Shown here piece by piece: positions 8,468 to 16,728 of a stretch of DNA of 19,932 bases; position 1 is the first letter of the stretch, and every line of letters starts with the position of its first letter. This DNA comes from Candidatus Auribacterota bacterium (GTDB taxonomy: Bacteria; Auribacterota; UBA6266), in the NCBI GenBank assembly GCA_023136205.1, contig JAGLRQ010000072.1, positions 1 to 19,932 on the forward strand. The letters are read 5' to 3'. A program made the position numbers and the translations under genes. Below the pieces are notes generated by a model, which ran no database searches, was not told where the DNA came from, and was given only the letters and a program-made list of their open reading frames with translations.

Positions 8468-9072
8468 ATCTTTTCTTTTTCAATCATACGTTCAAGTATA
8501 AGTTTTATTTTCTCAAGCGCTCTTGCCCTATGGCTTATTTTGTTTTTTACTTCGAGGTCAAGCTCGGCAAAAGTTTTGCCATAATCCATCCTGACAAAAA
8601 CAGGGTCATAACCAAAACCACTGCCGCCGCAAGGCTCTTTTGATATTACACCTTCGCAGCTCCCATTGACCGTTGTAATGACTTTATCTTTGTCAGCAAG
8701 AGCAACAACACAAACAAACCTGGACCCCCTTCTTTCAGGAGGAACGTCTTTCATTTTATCAAGAAGCTTAATAATATTTTCCATGTCAGTCGCGTTATCA
8801 TCCGCGTACCGGGAAGATTTCACCCCGGGTTCATTGTTAAGAACATCTACTTCCAAACCTGAATCATCCGCAAGGGTAAGCTTCCCTGTAATCCTGGCAA
8901 CTTCAGTTGCTTTTTTAACGGCGTTTTCCTCAAACGTTTCTCCACTCTCTTCTACAGGAAGTATGCCTTCAAAATCTTCAAGGGTGTAAAATTTTATATT
9001 CATTCCTTTCCATATTTCTTTTATCTCTTTTATCTTTCCCTTGTTATTAGTAGCTAAAACCAACTCAAACAT
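8464..9072 (-). CDS. rdgB: dITP/XTP pyrophosphatase (RdgB/HAM1 family)
   Basis: Motifs are LVLATNNKGKIKE, DDSGLEVD.LN..PG..S.RY and GFGYDPVF. The gene lies immediately downstream of rph, a widely conserved pairing. Confidence 0.92.
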   Translation of the reverse strand: MFELVLATNNKGKIKEIKEIWKGMNIKFYTLEDFEGILPVEESGETFEENAVKKATEVARITGKLTLADDSGLEVDVLNNEPGVKSSRYADDNATDMENIIKLLDKMKDVPPERRGSRFVCVVALADKDKVITTVNGSCEGVISKEPCGGSGFGYDPVFVRMDYGKTFAELDLEVKNKISHRARALEKIKLILERMIEKEKI

Positions 9073-9114
9073 AATCTTACCCCTTTTTCTCTTTTACAAT
9101 AACCCAATGTTTCT

Positions 9115-9837
9115 TCAAACACCTAAAGCTTTTTTCTGCGTCTCCATAATCTTTTTTATTCCGGCAGAACTAAGGGAAAGCATTTTATCCATATCATCTT
9201 TACTGAAAACAGCTTCTTCTCCGGTCCCCTGAATTTCAACAAATTTATCCGAACCTGTCATAACAATATTCATATCCACTTCAGCAGCAAAATCCTCCTG
9301 GTAATCCAGGTCAAGCAGCGCGTTTCCCTTTACGATACCGCTGCTTACCGCCGCTAAAAAATCTTTTATCGGGTTTGCTTTTATTGAACCGTTTTTAATA
9401 AGCTTTGCCACAGCTAAATAAAGCGCGACAAACCCGCCCGTTATTGACGCGGTCCTGGTTCCTCCATCCGCCTCAATAACATCGCAATCCACCCATATTG
9501 TCATCCCTTTAAGCTTTTTTAAATCTACAACTGTCCTTAAAGAGCGCCCTATAAGCCTCTGGATTTCATGGGTTCTGCCGCCTAGTTTTCCTCTTACTGC
9601 TTCTCTGGCGGTTCGATCCGGAGATGAAAAAGGCAGCATCGAATATTCAGCTGTCACCCACCCGGATTCTCTATCCTGCTCTTTAAGCCACCTTGGAACA
9701 TAATCTTCAACCGTGGCGGCACAAATTACCCTCGTGTTTCCAAACTCAACAAGCGCCGATGCCGGATGGCCGCGCAAAAAAGAAGTATCTATGTTTATCT
9801 GCCTGAGTTCATCATCTTTTCTTCCATCAAGTCTCAT
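9115..9837 (-). CDS. rph: Ribonuclease PH
   Basis: I start at ATG 9837 (MRLDGRKDDELR...), with GGAGA 9 nt upstream. The TTG at 9852 in the ORF track lies inside that SD. Motifs are GNTRVICAATVE, WVTAEYSMLP, DCDVIEADGGTRTASITG. The product is about 240 aa. Confidence 0.93.
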   Translation of the reverse strand: MRLDGRKDDELRQINIDTSFLRGHPASALVEFGNTRVICAATVEDYVPRWLKEQDRESGWVTAEYSMLPFSSPDRTAREAVRGKLGGRTHEIQRLIGRSLRTVVDLKKLKGMTIWVDCDVIEADGGTRTASITGGFVALYLAVAKLIKNGSIKANPIKDFLAAVSSGIVKGNALLDLDYQEDFAAEVDMNIVMTGSDKFVEIQGTGEEAVFSKDDMDKMLSLSSAGIKKIMETQKKALGV

Positions 9838-9918
9838 CTTTATTTTCTCCAATCACAATACATTGCTTTAACATTATGATTACATTTTTAAGCTAAAATT
9901 TAAAGAGCAAAATTTAAT

Positions 9919-9995
9919 TGGTGCGCCCGGCGCGATTCGAACGCACGACCTTCTGCTCCGGAGGCAGACGCTCTATCCATCTGAGCTACGGGCGC
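9919..9995 (-). tRNA. tRNA-Arg (anticodon CCG), CCA encoded
   Basis: The reverse complement reads GCGCCCG-TA-GCTC-AGATGGATA-GAGC-G-TCTGC-CTCCGGA-GCAGA-AGGTC-GTGCG-TTCGAAT-CGCGC-CGGGCGC-A-CCA. Confidence 0.93.
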
Positions 9996-10026
9996 AACAA
10001 ATAAAACTATATTCTTTCAAGGAACT

Positions 10027-12486
10027 CTATTTCACTACAATATTTACAATCTTTCCCGGAATATATATTTTCTTAAAAATAGTTTTCTCATCAGTAAATT
10101 TCTTGATATTTTCTTTTTCCAGCGCGAGCTTTATTATATCTTCTTCTGTTATAGACTTTATGACTTCAAGTGTTGCCCTGAGTTTACCATTTACCTGGAC
10201 AGGAACTTCAATATTTTCAACTTCTGTTAGCTTTTCATCATAAACAGGCCAGGAAGCTTTAAACACACTATCCTTATGCCCCGTCTTTTCCCATAGCTCC
10301 TCCGCCAGGTGCGGCGCGAACGGAGAAATAAGAATAATAACTTTTCCAACAGACTCAAGTTTAAGAGTCTCATTTTTCATGTTTTCACTAAAAGCAAAAT
10401 TAATAAATTCCATAAAGGCACTTATAGCAGTATTAAACCTGAAGCCTTCTAACCTCTCGCTGACATTTTTAATAAGGATATGAAGCTGTCTGGTAAAATC
10501 CTGAGATTCCGAAGAAGAGATTTTTTCATTCGAAGATATTGTCCAATCCCATAATCTCCGTAAAAATTTATAAACCCCCTCTATACCACGGTCGCTCCAT
10601 TCCGAATCAAGCTCGGGAGGGCCGATAAATAACTCATAAAGCCTTACAGCATCAGCACCGTATCTCTCCACAAGCCCGTCAGGGCTGACAACATTACCCT
10701 TGGACTTGGACATTTTTTCAAGTTTGCCCGATTTTTCACTGTACTTGCAGACCATCCCCTGATTAAACAGTTTTTTAAACGGCTCATCGAAATCAAGAAA
10801 TCCGCAATCGTAAAGAACCTTTGTAAAGAACCTTGCATAAAGTAGATGAAGTATCGCATGTTCAATACCACCCACATAACAATCAACAGGCATCCAATGA
10901 GATAACTGCTCCTTGTTGAAAGGTTTTGTTTCAAGTGAAGGTTCAGGGTACCTTAAAAAGTACCAGGATGATCCCGCCCATTGAGGCATTGTATTTGTTT
11001 CCCTTTTTGCCGGCCCTTCGCATTTTGGGCACTTTGTGTTAACAAATTCAGGAATGACTGCCAGCGGCGATTCACCGGTCCCGCTTGGTTTATAATTTTC
11101 AATTTCGGGAAGAAGTACGGGAAGTTGATCTTCAGGCACAGGAACTTCCCCGCATTTCTCGCAGATAATTATAGGGATAGGTTCCCCCCAGTAGCGCTGT
11201 CTTGAAAATATCCAGTCTCTCAGTTTATACTTTACTGTTTTTTCAGCGAGCTTTTTTCCCGCGAGCCATTCGACAATCCTGTTTTTCCCTTCCTCCGAAC
11301 TTATTCCGTTAAATCTTTCGGAATTGACCATTTCCCCTGCCTCGATATATGCCTCTGTCAAGTTACCGGAAGAATCCTTCTTTGAATCGCCGGATGTAAT
11401 AACCTCTCTTACAGGAAGGTTGAATTTCGCGGCAAAAACAAAATCTCTTTCATCATGGGCGGGAACACACATAATCGCCCCTGTACCGTAAGATACAAGA
11501 ACATAGTCACCAATCCAGACAGGTATTTTTTCACTGTTTACCGGGTTTATGGCAAAAGCTCCCGTAAATACACCTGTTTTATCTTTTGTTTCAGATGTTC
11601 TTTCCATATCAGATTCTTCTCTCGCGGCTTCGATATATTTCTTTACATCGTTTAAATGTTCTTTATCCGTTATTTTCATAACCAGATCGTGTTCCGGAGC
11701 AAGAACAACATAGGTCGCGCCAAAAAGCGTATCCGGACGGGTAGTAAACACATTTAAAGGAAATTCTTTCCCATCAGGAGCAAGAAGTTTGAAAACAATT
11801 TCAGAACCTTCGCTTCTCCCAATCCAGTTGGACTGCATGGTCTTGACTTTTGTCGGCCATGCAAGTTTCTCAAGGTCGTAAAGCAGCCTGTCAGCATAGG
11901 ATGTGATTTTTAGCATCCATTGAAGCATATCCTTCTTTGTTACATCCGTATTGCAGCGCTCACATTTTCCTCCGATTACTTCTTCATTCGCCAGGCCGGT
12001 TTTACATTCAGGGCACCAGTTAATGGGCATCATTTTCCTGTAAGCCAGCCCTTTTTTAAACATCTGAAGAAATATCCACTGTGTCCATTTGTAATATTCG
12101 GGGCTGCTTGTGTTAATCTCTCTGGACCAGTCATACATAGCTCCAATCTCTTTGAGCTGAGCCCTTATTCCATCGATATTTTTCTTTGTATTGATCCTCG
12201 GATGAATGCCTTTCTTAATCGCGTCGTTCTCCGCGGGAAGGCCGAAAGAATCCCACCCCATAGGATGAAGAAGATTATACCCCTGAAGCATCTTATATCT
12301 TGCCCATACATCCGAAAGAACATACCCCCGCCAATGCCCAACATGCAATCCGGAGCCGGAAGGATAAGGAAACATATCCAGACAGTAATAGTTAGGCTTA
12401 TCAACATTATCCGATGTATTATATATTCCTGACTGCTGCCATTTTTTCTGCCATTTCTTCTCTATTTTCTGAGGGCCGTACTTCAT
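10027..12486 (-). CDS. leuS: Leucyl-tRNA synthetase
   Basis: The 819-aa product carries the HIGH motif as HVGHWRGY and the KMSKS motif as [11 protein letters not shown]1 editing region and zinc-type CPEC/CERC motifs are present. GGAGA lies 7 nt before the ATG. Confidence 0.96.
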   Translation of the reverse strand: MKYGPQKIEKKWQKKWQQSGIYNTSDNVDKPNYYCLDMFPYPSGSGLHVGHWRGYVLSDVWARYKMLQGYNLLHPMGWDSFGLPAENDAIKKGIHPRINTKKNIDGIRAQLKEIGAMYDWSREINTSSPEYYKWTQWIFLQMFKKGLAYRKMMPINWCPECKTGLANEEVIGGKCERCNTDVTKKDMLQWMLKITSYADRLLYDLEKLAWPTKVKTMQSNWIGRSEGSEIVFKLLAPDGKEFPLNVFTTRPDTLFGATYVVLAPEHDLVMKITDKEHLNDVKKYIEAAREESDMERTSETKDKTGVFTGAFAINPVNSEKIPVWIGDYVLVSYGTGAIMCVPAHDERDFVFAAKFNLPVREVITSGDSKKDSSGNLTEAYIEAGEMVNSERFNGISSEEGKNRIVEWLAGKKLAEKTVKYKLRDWIFSRQRYWGEPIPIIICEKCGEVPVPEDQLPVLLPEIENYKPSGTGESPLAVIPEFVNTKCPKCEGPAKRETNTMPQWAGSSWYFLRYPEPSLETKPFNKEQLSHWMPVDCYVGGIEHAILHLLYARFFTKVLYDCGFLDFDEPFKKLFNQGMVCKYSEKSGKLEKMSKSKGNVVSPDGLVERYGADAVRLYELFIGPPELDSEWSDRGIEGVYKFLRRLWDWTISSNEKISSSESQDFTRQLHILIKNVSERLEGFRFNTAISAFMEFINFAFSENMKNETLKLESVGKVIILISPFAPHLAEELWEKTGHKDSVFKASWPVYDEKLTEVENIEVPVQVNGKLRATLEVIKSITEEDIIKLALEKENIKKFTDEKTIFKKIYIPGKIVNIVVK

Positions 12487-12534
12487 TTCCTATCTCCATT
12501 AACTCCTTTGTTTTATTGAATACACAAGGAGGAA

Positions 12535-12562
12535 ATTATACCAGAAATTTAATGAGTTGTAA
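12535..12562 (-). promoter_or_regulatory. Candidate leuS promoter TTACAA-N16-TGg-TATAAT (extended -10)
   Basis: On the minus strand, TTACAA is plus 12557-12562, TG is 12543-12542 and TATAAT is 12540-12535. Confidence 0.55.
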
Positions 12563-12570
12563 GGATAAAG

Positions 12571-13704
12571 TTAATTCGCTCCGGCACTAAATTCGTCTAA
12601 AATCAATGTATTCTCTTTAGAATCTATAGAAACCTTGAAATTTTCAAGAAAACTCATTCCCAAAAGTCCGTCTTCACCTCCGACATCATTTAAAACTGCC
12701 GCTCTAACATATTGCACCTCAAGATCGCCGACTTTGACACTTTTCAGAATTAACGGCATAGCCTTACCCTGACTGCCATCGGCAAGCAACACGGTCATGG
12801 TAAAAAGGGACTTGTCAGTGTCTATCCCGAGCTTATTGGCAATCTTCTCCGACATACACACAAGACTTGCTCCGGTATCAACAATTAAATTCGCCCTAAC
12901 CTTTCCATTTAACAATGAACTGACAACAATAGTTGATTTGTGTTTTTTATCATATTTATATTCATGCCTGACGAAATCAGATTCAAATTCTTTAAGCTCC
13001 GAGCATAATGTCTGAAAATATTCCTCTTCTTCAGGAGTAAGCGATTTCGAGACTTCTTCATGCTTTTTATTAATCTTTTCTTTAGATTCATTAAGCAAAT
13101 CAAAGTAGTCGTTTATATCGCTATCTATCTTTTCATACTTTTTGTTCAACTGCGTAAGGTTACTATGGTTTATCTGTATTCTGGCAGATATATTATTGCT
13201 TTTTTTAATCAGAGAGTTATAGTTTTTCACATTACGTTCCGGATTTATCAAAGCAATTCTCTTATTCAAGGACGTTAATTCAACATTTAATTTCTTATTT
13301 GTATTTTCAAGCCTTAGAATTTTATACAGCGCATATTTCTTTAACTTATTCTTTTTTATAGCATTTTCCCTGCCTTTCTGCAGGCTGTCAAAATCTCCGG
13401 CAAGATCTTTAAACTTTTCAGGACAGTTTTTTAAAAAAGAACTCTGCTCATTCCCGGATGGAACAGCATCTTCCTCCTGCTTTTCTAAAGCAGAACGTTC
13501 AATGTTTTTAACCGATGATTTTCTAATGGTAATTTTCCCTGTGCTTGTTTTCAGCAAAAGAGTGCCATCATCAAGGGCTTCAACTGTTCCTTCAATTTTC
13601 TTGCCATTTTTAAAATGGACGATATCACCTGCTGCAACTGTCACAAAGACTGTTAAAGCAAAAAACCCAACCAATTTTAAAAACTTGTTTCTGGTAATAA
13701 TCAA
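12571..13704 (-). CDS. Secreted/anchored retropepsin-like (clan AA) aspartic protease with N-terminal beta-domain and long coiled coil
   Basis: The start is TTG, with GAGAGGAG 4 nt upstream. A signal-like sequence is LVGFFALTVFVTVAAG. Residues about 100-245 are heptad-rich and K/E/N-rich. The C-terminal domain has a single catalytic LIVDTGAS (DTG at 12879-12871) and a GLLGMSFL flap-like motif. Confidence 0.8.
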   Translation of the reverse strand: MIITRNKFLKLVGFFALTVFVTVAAGDIVHFKNGKKIEGTVEALDDGTLLLKTSTGKITIRKSSVKNIERSALEKQEEDAVPSGNEQSSFLKNCPEKFKDLAGDFDSLQKGRENAIKKNKLKKYALYKILRLENTNKKLNVELTSLNKRIALINPERNVKNYNSLIKKSNNISARIQINHSNLTQLNKKYEKIDSDINDYFDLLNESKEKINKKHEEVSKSLTPEEEEYFQTLCSELKEFESDFVRHEYKYDKKHKSTIVVSSLLNGKVRANLIVDTGASLVCMSEKIANKLGIDTDKSLFTMTVLLADGSQGKAMPLILKSVKVGDLEVQYVRAAVLNDVGGEDGLLGMSFLENFKVSIDSKENTLILDEFSAGAN

Positions 13705-13738
13705 AAGACTCCTCTCTATTTCCAGCTGTTTCAGTTAG

Positions 13739-14317
13739 TCAAAATTTATTTTTGTGAACAATTCTTTTTAAGCTTTTTTTGGGTACCCTTAATTCTCCGT
13801 CTCTGCCTTTCCAATACTTACAGTCCTTTTTCAATGGAACGGCCCTGGGTTTTTCGTTTTTATACCCTAACGCTATAACGGTATCAACATGGTAAGAGGC
13901 CGGAATCTTAAGAACTTTTGCAATTTTCTCCCTGTTAATAGCTCCCATCCAGCAGGTTCCTATACCCATTTCCCAGGCTGAAAGCATTATGTTCTCGGCA
14001 GAAGAACCAACGTCTCTCTCAAATTTGGAGAGTCCAACAACACCGGAATCAACAATAATTACAATATAAGCAACAGGTTTTTCCCCACTGCCCGGATTTC
14101 CTTCAGGCGCTATATATCCCGCCCAGCTTACGCAGTCAAATATTTTTGCCCTCAAAGGCTTTTCTTTAACAATAATATATTCAAGCGGCTGGAGATTGGC
14201 AGTGCTCGGCGCCATTCGCGCGGAATTGACCAATTTCATAAGAGTAGATATTGGAATTTCTTTCTGCTTGAACTTCCTTATAGTCCTTCTTGATATTGCG
14301 GCTTTATAGACATTCAT
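13739..14317 (-). CDS. Nitroreductase-family flavoprotein
   Basis: AGGAGG lies 6 nt upstream of the ATG. The N-terminal motif is RRTIRKF....IP...L..L...A..APS..N.QP. The length is 192 aa. Confidence 0.85.
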   Translation of the reverse strand: MNVYKAAISRRTIRKFKQKEIPISTLMKLVNSARMAPSTANLQPLEYIIVKEKPLRAKIFDCVSWAGYIAPEGNPGSGEKPVAYIVIIVDSGVVGLSKFERDVGSSAENIMLSAWEMGIGTCWMGAINREKIAKVLKIPASYHVDTVIALGYKNEKPRAVPLKKDCKYWKGRDGELRVPKKSLKRIVHKNKF

Positions 14318-14329
14318 AGAAACCTCCTG

Positions 14330-14707
14330 CTATTTTCTTCTATAATACGCGGAATTCAATTCGGTTTCCCATACCCTGACTTCGCTCAGCACAAGATTTT
14401 TAGACTCCGGCCTAAGTTTTTTATCAATACTGTCATGCAGGAATTTTGAAATGTTTTCAGAAGTAGGATTATTTTCCACAAAGAAATCTATCTCATTAAG
14501 ATTTTTATGGTCAAGGATACAAAGCGTTTCGTCAAGAGCGGCTTTTACAACGTTAAAATCGATAATCATTCCATTTGAATTCAGGCCAAGAGCCTCAACC
14601 GTAACAAGAACTTTCCAGTTGTGCCCGTGCATATCTTCAAACTTGCCGCACCCGATATCTACGCTGTGCGCGGCACTAAAACTTCCTTCGACACTTACTC
14701 CATACAT
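14330..14707 (-). CDS. queD: 6-carboxytetrahydropterin / 6-pyruvoyl-tetrahydropterin synthase family (COG0720, QueD/PTPS)
   Basis: I start at ATG 14707 (MYGVSVEGSFSAAH), with GAGGA 5 nt upstream. Motifs are FSAAH, C-x6-HGHNW, LDHKNLNE and VRVWETE. The subfamily is uncertain (see findings). Confidence 0.8.
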   Translation of the reverse strand: MYGVSVEGSFSAAHSVDIGCGKFEDMHGHNWKVLVTVEALGLNSNGMIIDFNVVKAALDETLCILDHKNLNEIDFFVENNPTSENISKFLHDSIDKKLRPESKNLVLSEVRVWETELNSAYYRRK

Positions 14708-15512
14708 ATGAAACTTCCTCTTTAACAACATTTACATTAAAAATCTTTTTCCCGATAAACTTCTTCCCGCATTTTTTGAACATCTCAGGAGAATCGCTTA
14801 CAAAATATTTAATAGCTCCCCTCTTTTTCCCGGACAGAACACCCCTTTTCTTTAAAACCTCTTTCACATCTTCCGCGGCCGTCCTTGCCGAATCAACCAA
14901 TAAGACTTTCTTACTCATGTATCTCGATATTTCACCCTTGATTAACGGGTAATGCGTACATCCAAGCACGAGTGTATCAATATTCTTTTCCTTTAACCCT
15001 TTTAAATATATCTTAACAATATCTTTGAGAGGTCTTCCGGAGACAAATCCCTCTTCTACAAAAGGCACAAAAAGAGGGCACGCCTGAAAAAAAACTTTTG
15101 TCTTAGGTCTCAACCGGAGTATCTGTTTTTCATACGCCCTGCTTCTTATGGTAGCATTAGTGCCTATAACACCAATTCTCCCGGAAGAGGAGCTTTCTAC
15201 CGCTTTTCTGACTGCAGGTTTAAGAACATCTATTACCGGAACCGGCACTTTTCTAACAAGATAAGGAAAAGCTACGGAAGACACTGTATTACAGGCAGCT
15301 ATAATCATTTTTACATTATGTTCCAGCAAAAAAAGGCTGTTCTCAATAGCAAAATTTTTAACCGTTTCGGGCGATTTGGCCCCATAAGGAACTCTGGCGG
15401 TATCTCCAAAATAAACAATATCTTCTCCTGGAAGCAGTTTTACAATTTCATTAAGAACAGTAAGCCCGCCTACACCCGAGTCAAAAATCCCAATCGGTTG
15501 ATTTTTCTTCAT
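14676..15512 (-). CDS. murI: Glutamate racemase
   Basis: Motifs are IGIFDSGVGGLTV, the ACNT catalytic Cys and the GCTHYP second Cys. The 278-aa product has a roughly 14-aa C-terminal tail that overlaps the queD start. Confidence 0.93.
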   Translation of the reverse strand: MKKNQPIGIFDSGVGGLTVLNEIVKLLPGEDIVYFGDTARVPYGAKSPETVKNFAIENSLFLLEHNVKMIIAACNTVSSVAFPYLVRKVPVPVIDVLKPAVRKAVESSSSGRIGVIGTNATIRSRAYEKQILRLRPKTKVFFQACPLFVPFVEEGFVSGRPLKDIVKIYLKGLKEKNIDTLVLGCTHYPLIKGEISRYMSKKVLLVDSARTAAEDVKEVLKKRGVLSGKKRGAIKYFVSDSPEMFKKCGKKFIGKKIFNVNVVKEEVSYVWSKCRRKF

Positions 15513-15518
15513 CCTCTA

Positions 15519-15546
15519 TATATAACACAATTGTGTCTGAGTGTAA
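15519..15546 (-). promoter_or_regulatory. Candidate murI promoter TTACAC-N16-TGt-TATATA, with predicted +1 at the A of the ATG
   Basis: On the minus strand, TTACAC is plus 15546-15541, TG is 15527-15526 and TATATA is 15524-15519. The A of ATG (15512) lies 7 nt after the -10 hexamer. Confidence 0.5.
15525..15536. promoter_or_regulatory. Perfect 12-bp palindrome ACACAATTGTGT inside the murI promoter spacer (possible operator)
   Basis: ACACAA/TTGTGT is read directly from the sequence and lies between the -35 and -10 hexamers. Confidence 0.35.
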
Positions 15547-15572
15547 CAAAAATTTTTAACCACAATGAACTA

Positions 15573-15601
15573 TTGACATATCGAACCAATCCTCAGATAA
15601 T
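15573..15601 (+). promoter_or_regulatory. Promoter for tRNA-Leu: TTGACA-N17-GATAAT
   Basis: TTGACA lies at 15573-15578 and GATAAT at 15596-15601. The mature tRNA 5' end is 19 nt downstream of the -10 hexamer. Confidence 0.65.
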
Positions 15602-15619
15602 AACCCTCTGGAAATTAGT

Positions 15620-15705
15620 GCGGACATGGCGGAATGGCAGACGCGCTAGATTCAGGGTCTAGTGGCCGAAAGGCTGTGGAGGTTCAAGTCCTCTTGTCCG
15701 CACCA
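15620..15705 (+). tRNA. tRNA-Leu (anticodon CAG), class II long variable arm, CCA encoded
   Basis: The sequence reads GCGGACA-TG-GCG..CGC-G-CTAGA-TTCAGGG-TCTAG-(TGGCCGAAAGGCTG variable arm)-GGAGG-TTCAAGT-CCTCT-TGTCCGC-A-CCA. Confidence 0.93.
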
Positions 15706-15706
15706 T

Positions 15707-15752
15707 CCGCCTTCGCTTGGAGTTGGGTATTTCACTCCAGAAGCTTCGGCGG
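15707..15752 (+). repeat. Copy A of a conserved hairpin element abutting the CCA end of tRNA-Leu
   Basis: The sequence is CCGCC-TTC-GCTT-GGAGT-TGGGTATTTC-ACTCC-AG-AAGC-TTC-GGCGG. The first 40 nt are 36/40 identical to 17635-17674. Confidence 0.75.
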
Positions 15753-15832
15753 ACAGGTTCCAAAAAAATTAATTAAGGACTTGAAGCAAGTAAAAACGCC
15801 GACGAACAGGAGGAAAAGTAAGGAGTTTTCAA

Positions 15833-16726
15833 ATGAAAAAAAGCAATATCCCCTGCCTTTTTATCAAAGGAAATACGCTTCCGGAAGCATGGGAAAAAGC
15901 TATTGTAGAAATATGGCAAAAAGGGGTAGAACTCAGGACTGAATACGACAAAAAAAATAATGCGGGTGAATTCATAGACCCCCCAAGCAAAGATGCAACC
16001 GTAATGATTGAGGTTACAGAACCTTTTGCCGAACCCAGAATACACAAAAATTTCCCCGGAGGGCCTGCCGAACTCGAAATATACAGGCAGGAAGTCATAA
16101 AAGGCATACACGACCACTGGGTAGACCCGGAAGATAAAGATAAGTGGACATATACATATCATGGGCGCCTGTTTAAATATATCCCAACAGAAGACCTGGA
16201 AAACCCTTCCTCCCCAAAGCTGAATGAAATTGATCAAATAGAATACGTGGTAAATAAACTATGTGAAACTCATTTCACAAGAAGGGCCCAGGCAATCACT
16301 TGGATGCCAACAGCAGATACAAAGCTTGAGGATCCTCCCTGTCTGCAGAGGTTATGGTTCAGGCTTCTAAAAGGAGAAAAGGATGAACTTGTTCTTAACC
16401 TTAACACCCATTGGAGAAGCAGGGACGCGTATAAAGCGTGGTTCATGAATGCTTTTGCAATGACAGATTTGCAGAAGGAAATCGCGGAACAAATATCTGA
16501 AAGAATAAAAAAACCGGTCAAGGTTGGCAGGTATGTGGATATATCAGACTCCCTGCATATATACGGCTCCTATTTTACTGAATTCCAACCGGAATATGAA
16601 AAAATCATCAAAGACCCTGACTACACCAAAAGAGCATTCAAATCCGACCACCCTGCCATAAAAATGATGTTTGAAGAAGCAAGGGAAAAACTTAAAAGCG
16701 ATCCCGATTTCATGCTGAGCAAATAA
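15833..16726 (+). CDS. thyA: Divergent (archaeal-like) thymidylate synthase family protein
   Basis: AAGGAG lies 7 nt upstream of the ATG. The ThyA catalytic framework is recognisable: RRAQAITW (the Arg pair), DPPC (Cys170, 16340-16342), HWRSRD (for QRSxD), AWFMN (Asn), and DSLHIY. Confidence 0.7.
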   Translation: MKKSNIPCLFIKGNTLPEAWEKAIVEIWQKGVELRTEYDKKNNAGEFIDPPSKDATVMIEVTEPFAEPRIHKNFPGGPAELEIYRQEVIKGIHDHWVDPEDKDKWTYTYHGRLFKYIPTEDLENPSSPKLNEIDQIEYVVNKLCETHFTRRAQAITWMPTADTKLEDPPCLQRLWFRLLKGEKDELVLNLNTHWRSRDAYKAWFMNAFAMTDLQKEIAEQISERIKKPVKVGRYVDISDSLHIYGSYFTEFQPEYEKIIKDPDYTKRAFKSDHPAIKMMFEEAREKLKSDPDFMLSK

Positions 16727-16728
16727 TT

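Noticed and set aside
9838-9852. TTG 9852 as the rph start, as in the ORF track.
   Set aside because: The TTG lies within the GGAGA Shine-Dalgarno that serves ATG 9837. The MRLDGR N-terminus matches RNase PH proteins.
12487-12570. A possible T-box or other leader controlling leuS. This includes an anti-SD-like CTCCTTG...CAAAGGAG pairing.
   Set aside because: The whole intergenic region is 84 nt, far too short for a T-box. The predicted +1 from the TATAAT box falls inside the 5' arm of the putative hairpin, so the arm may not even be transcribed.
15634-15942. A 102-aa ORF running through tRNA-Leu and the repeat element.
   Set aside because: It starts inside a confidently folded tRNA, has no RBS, and has Arg/Ser-rich nonsense composition.
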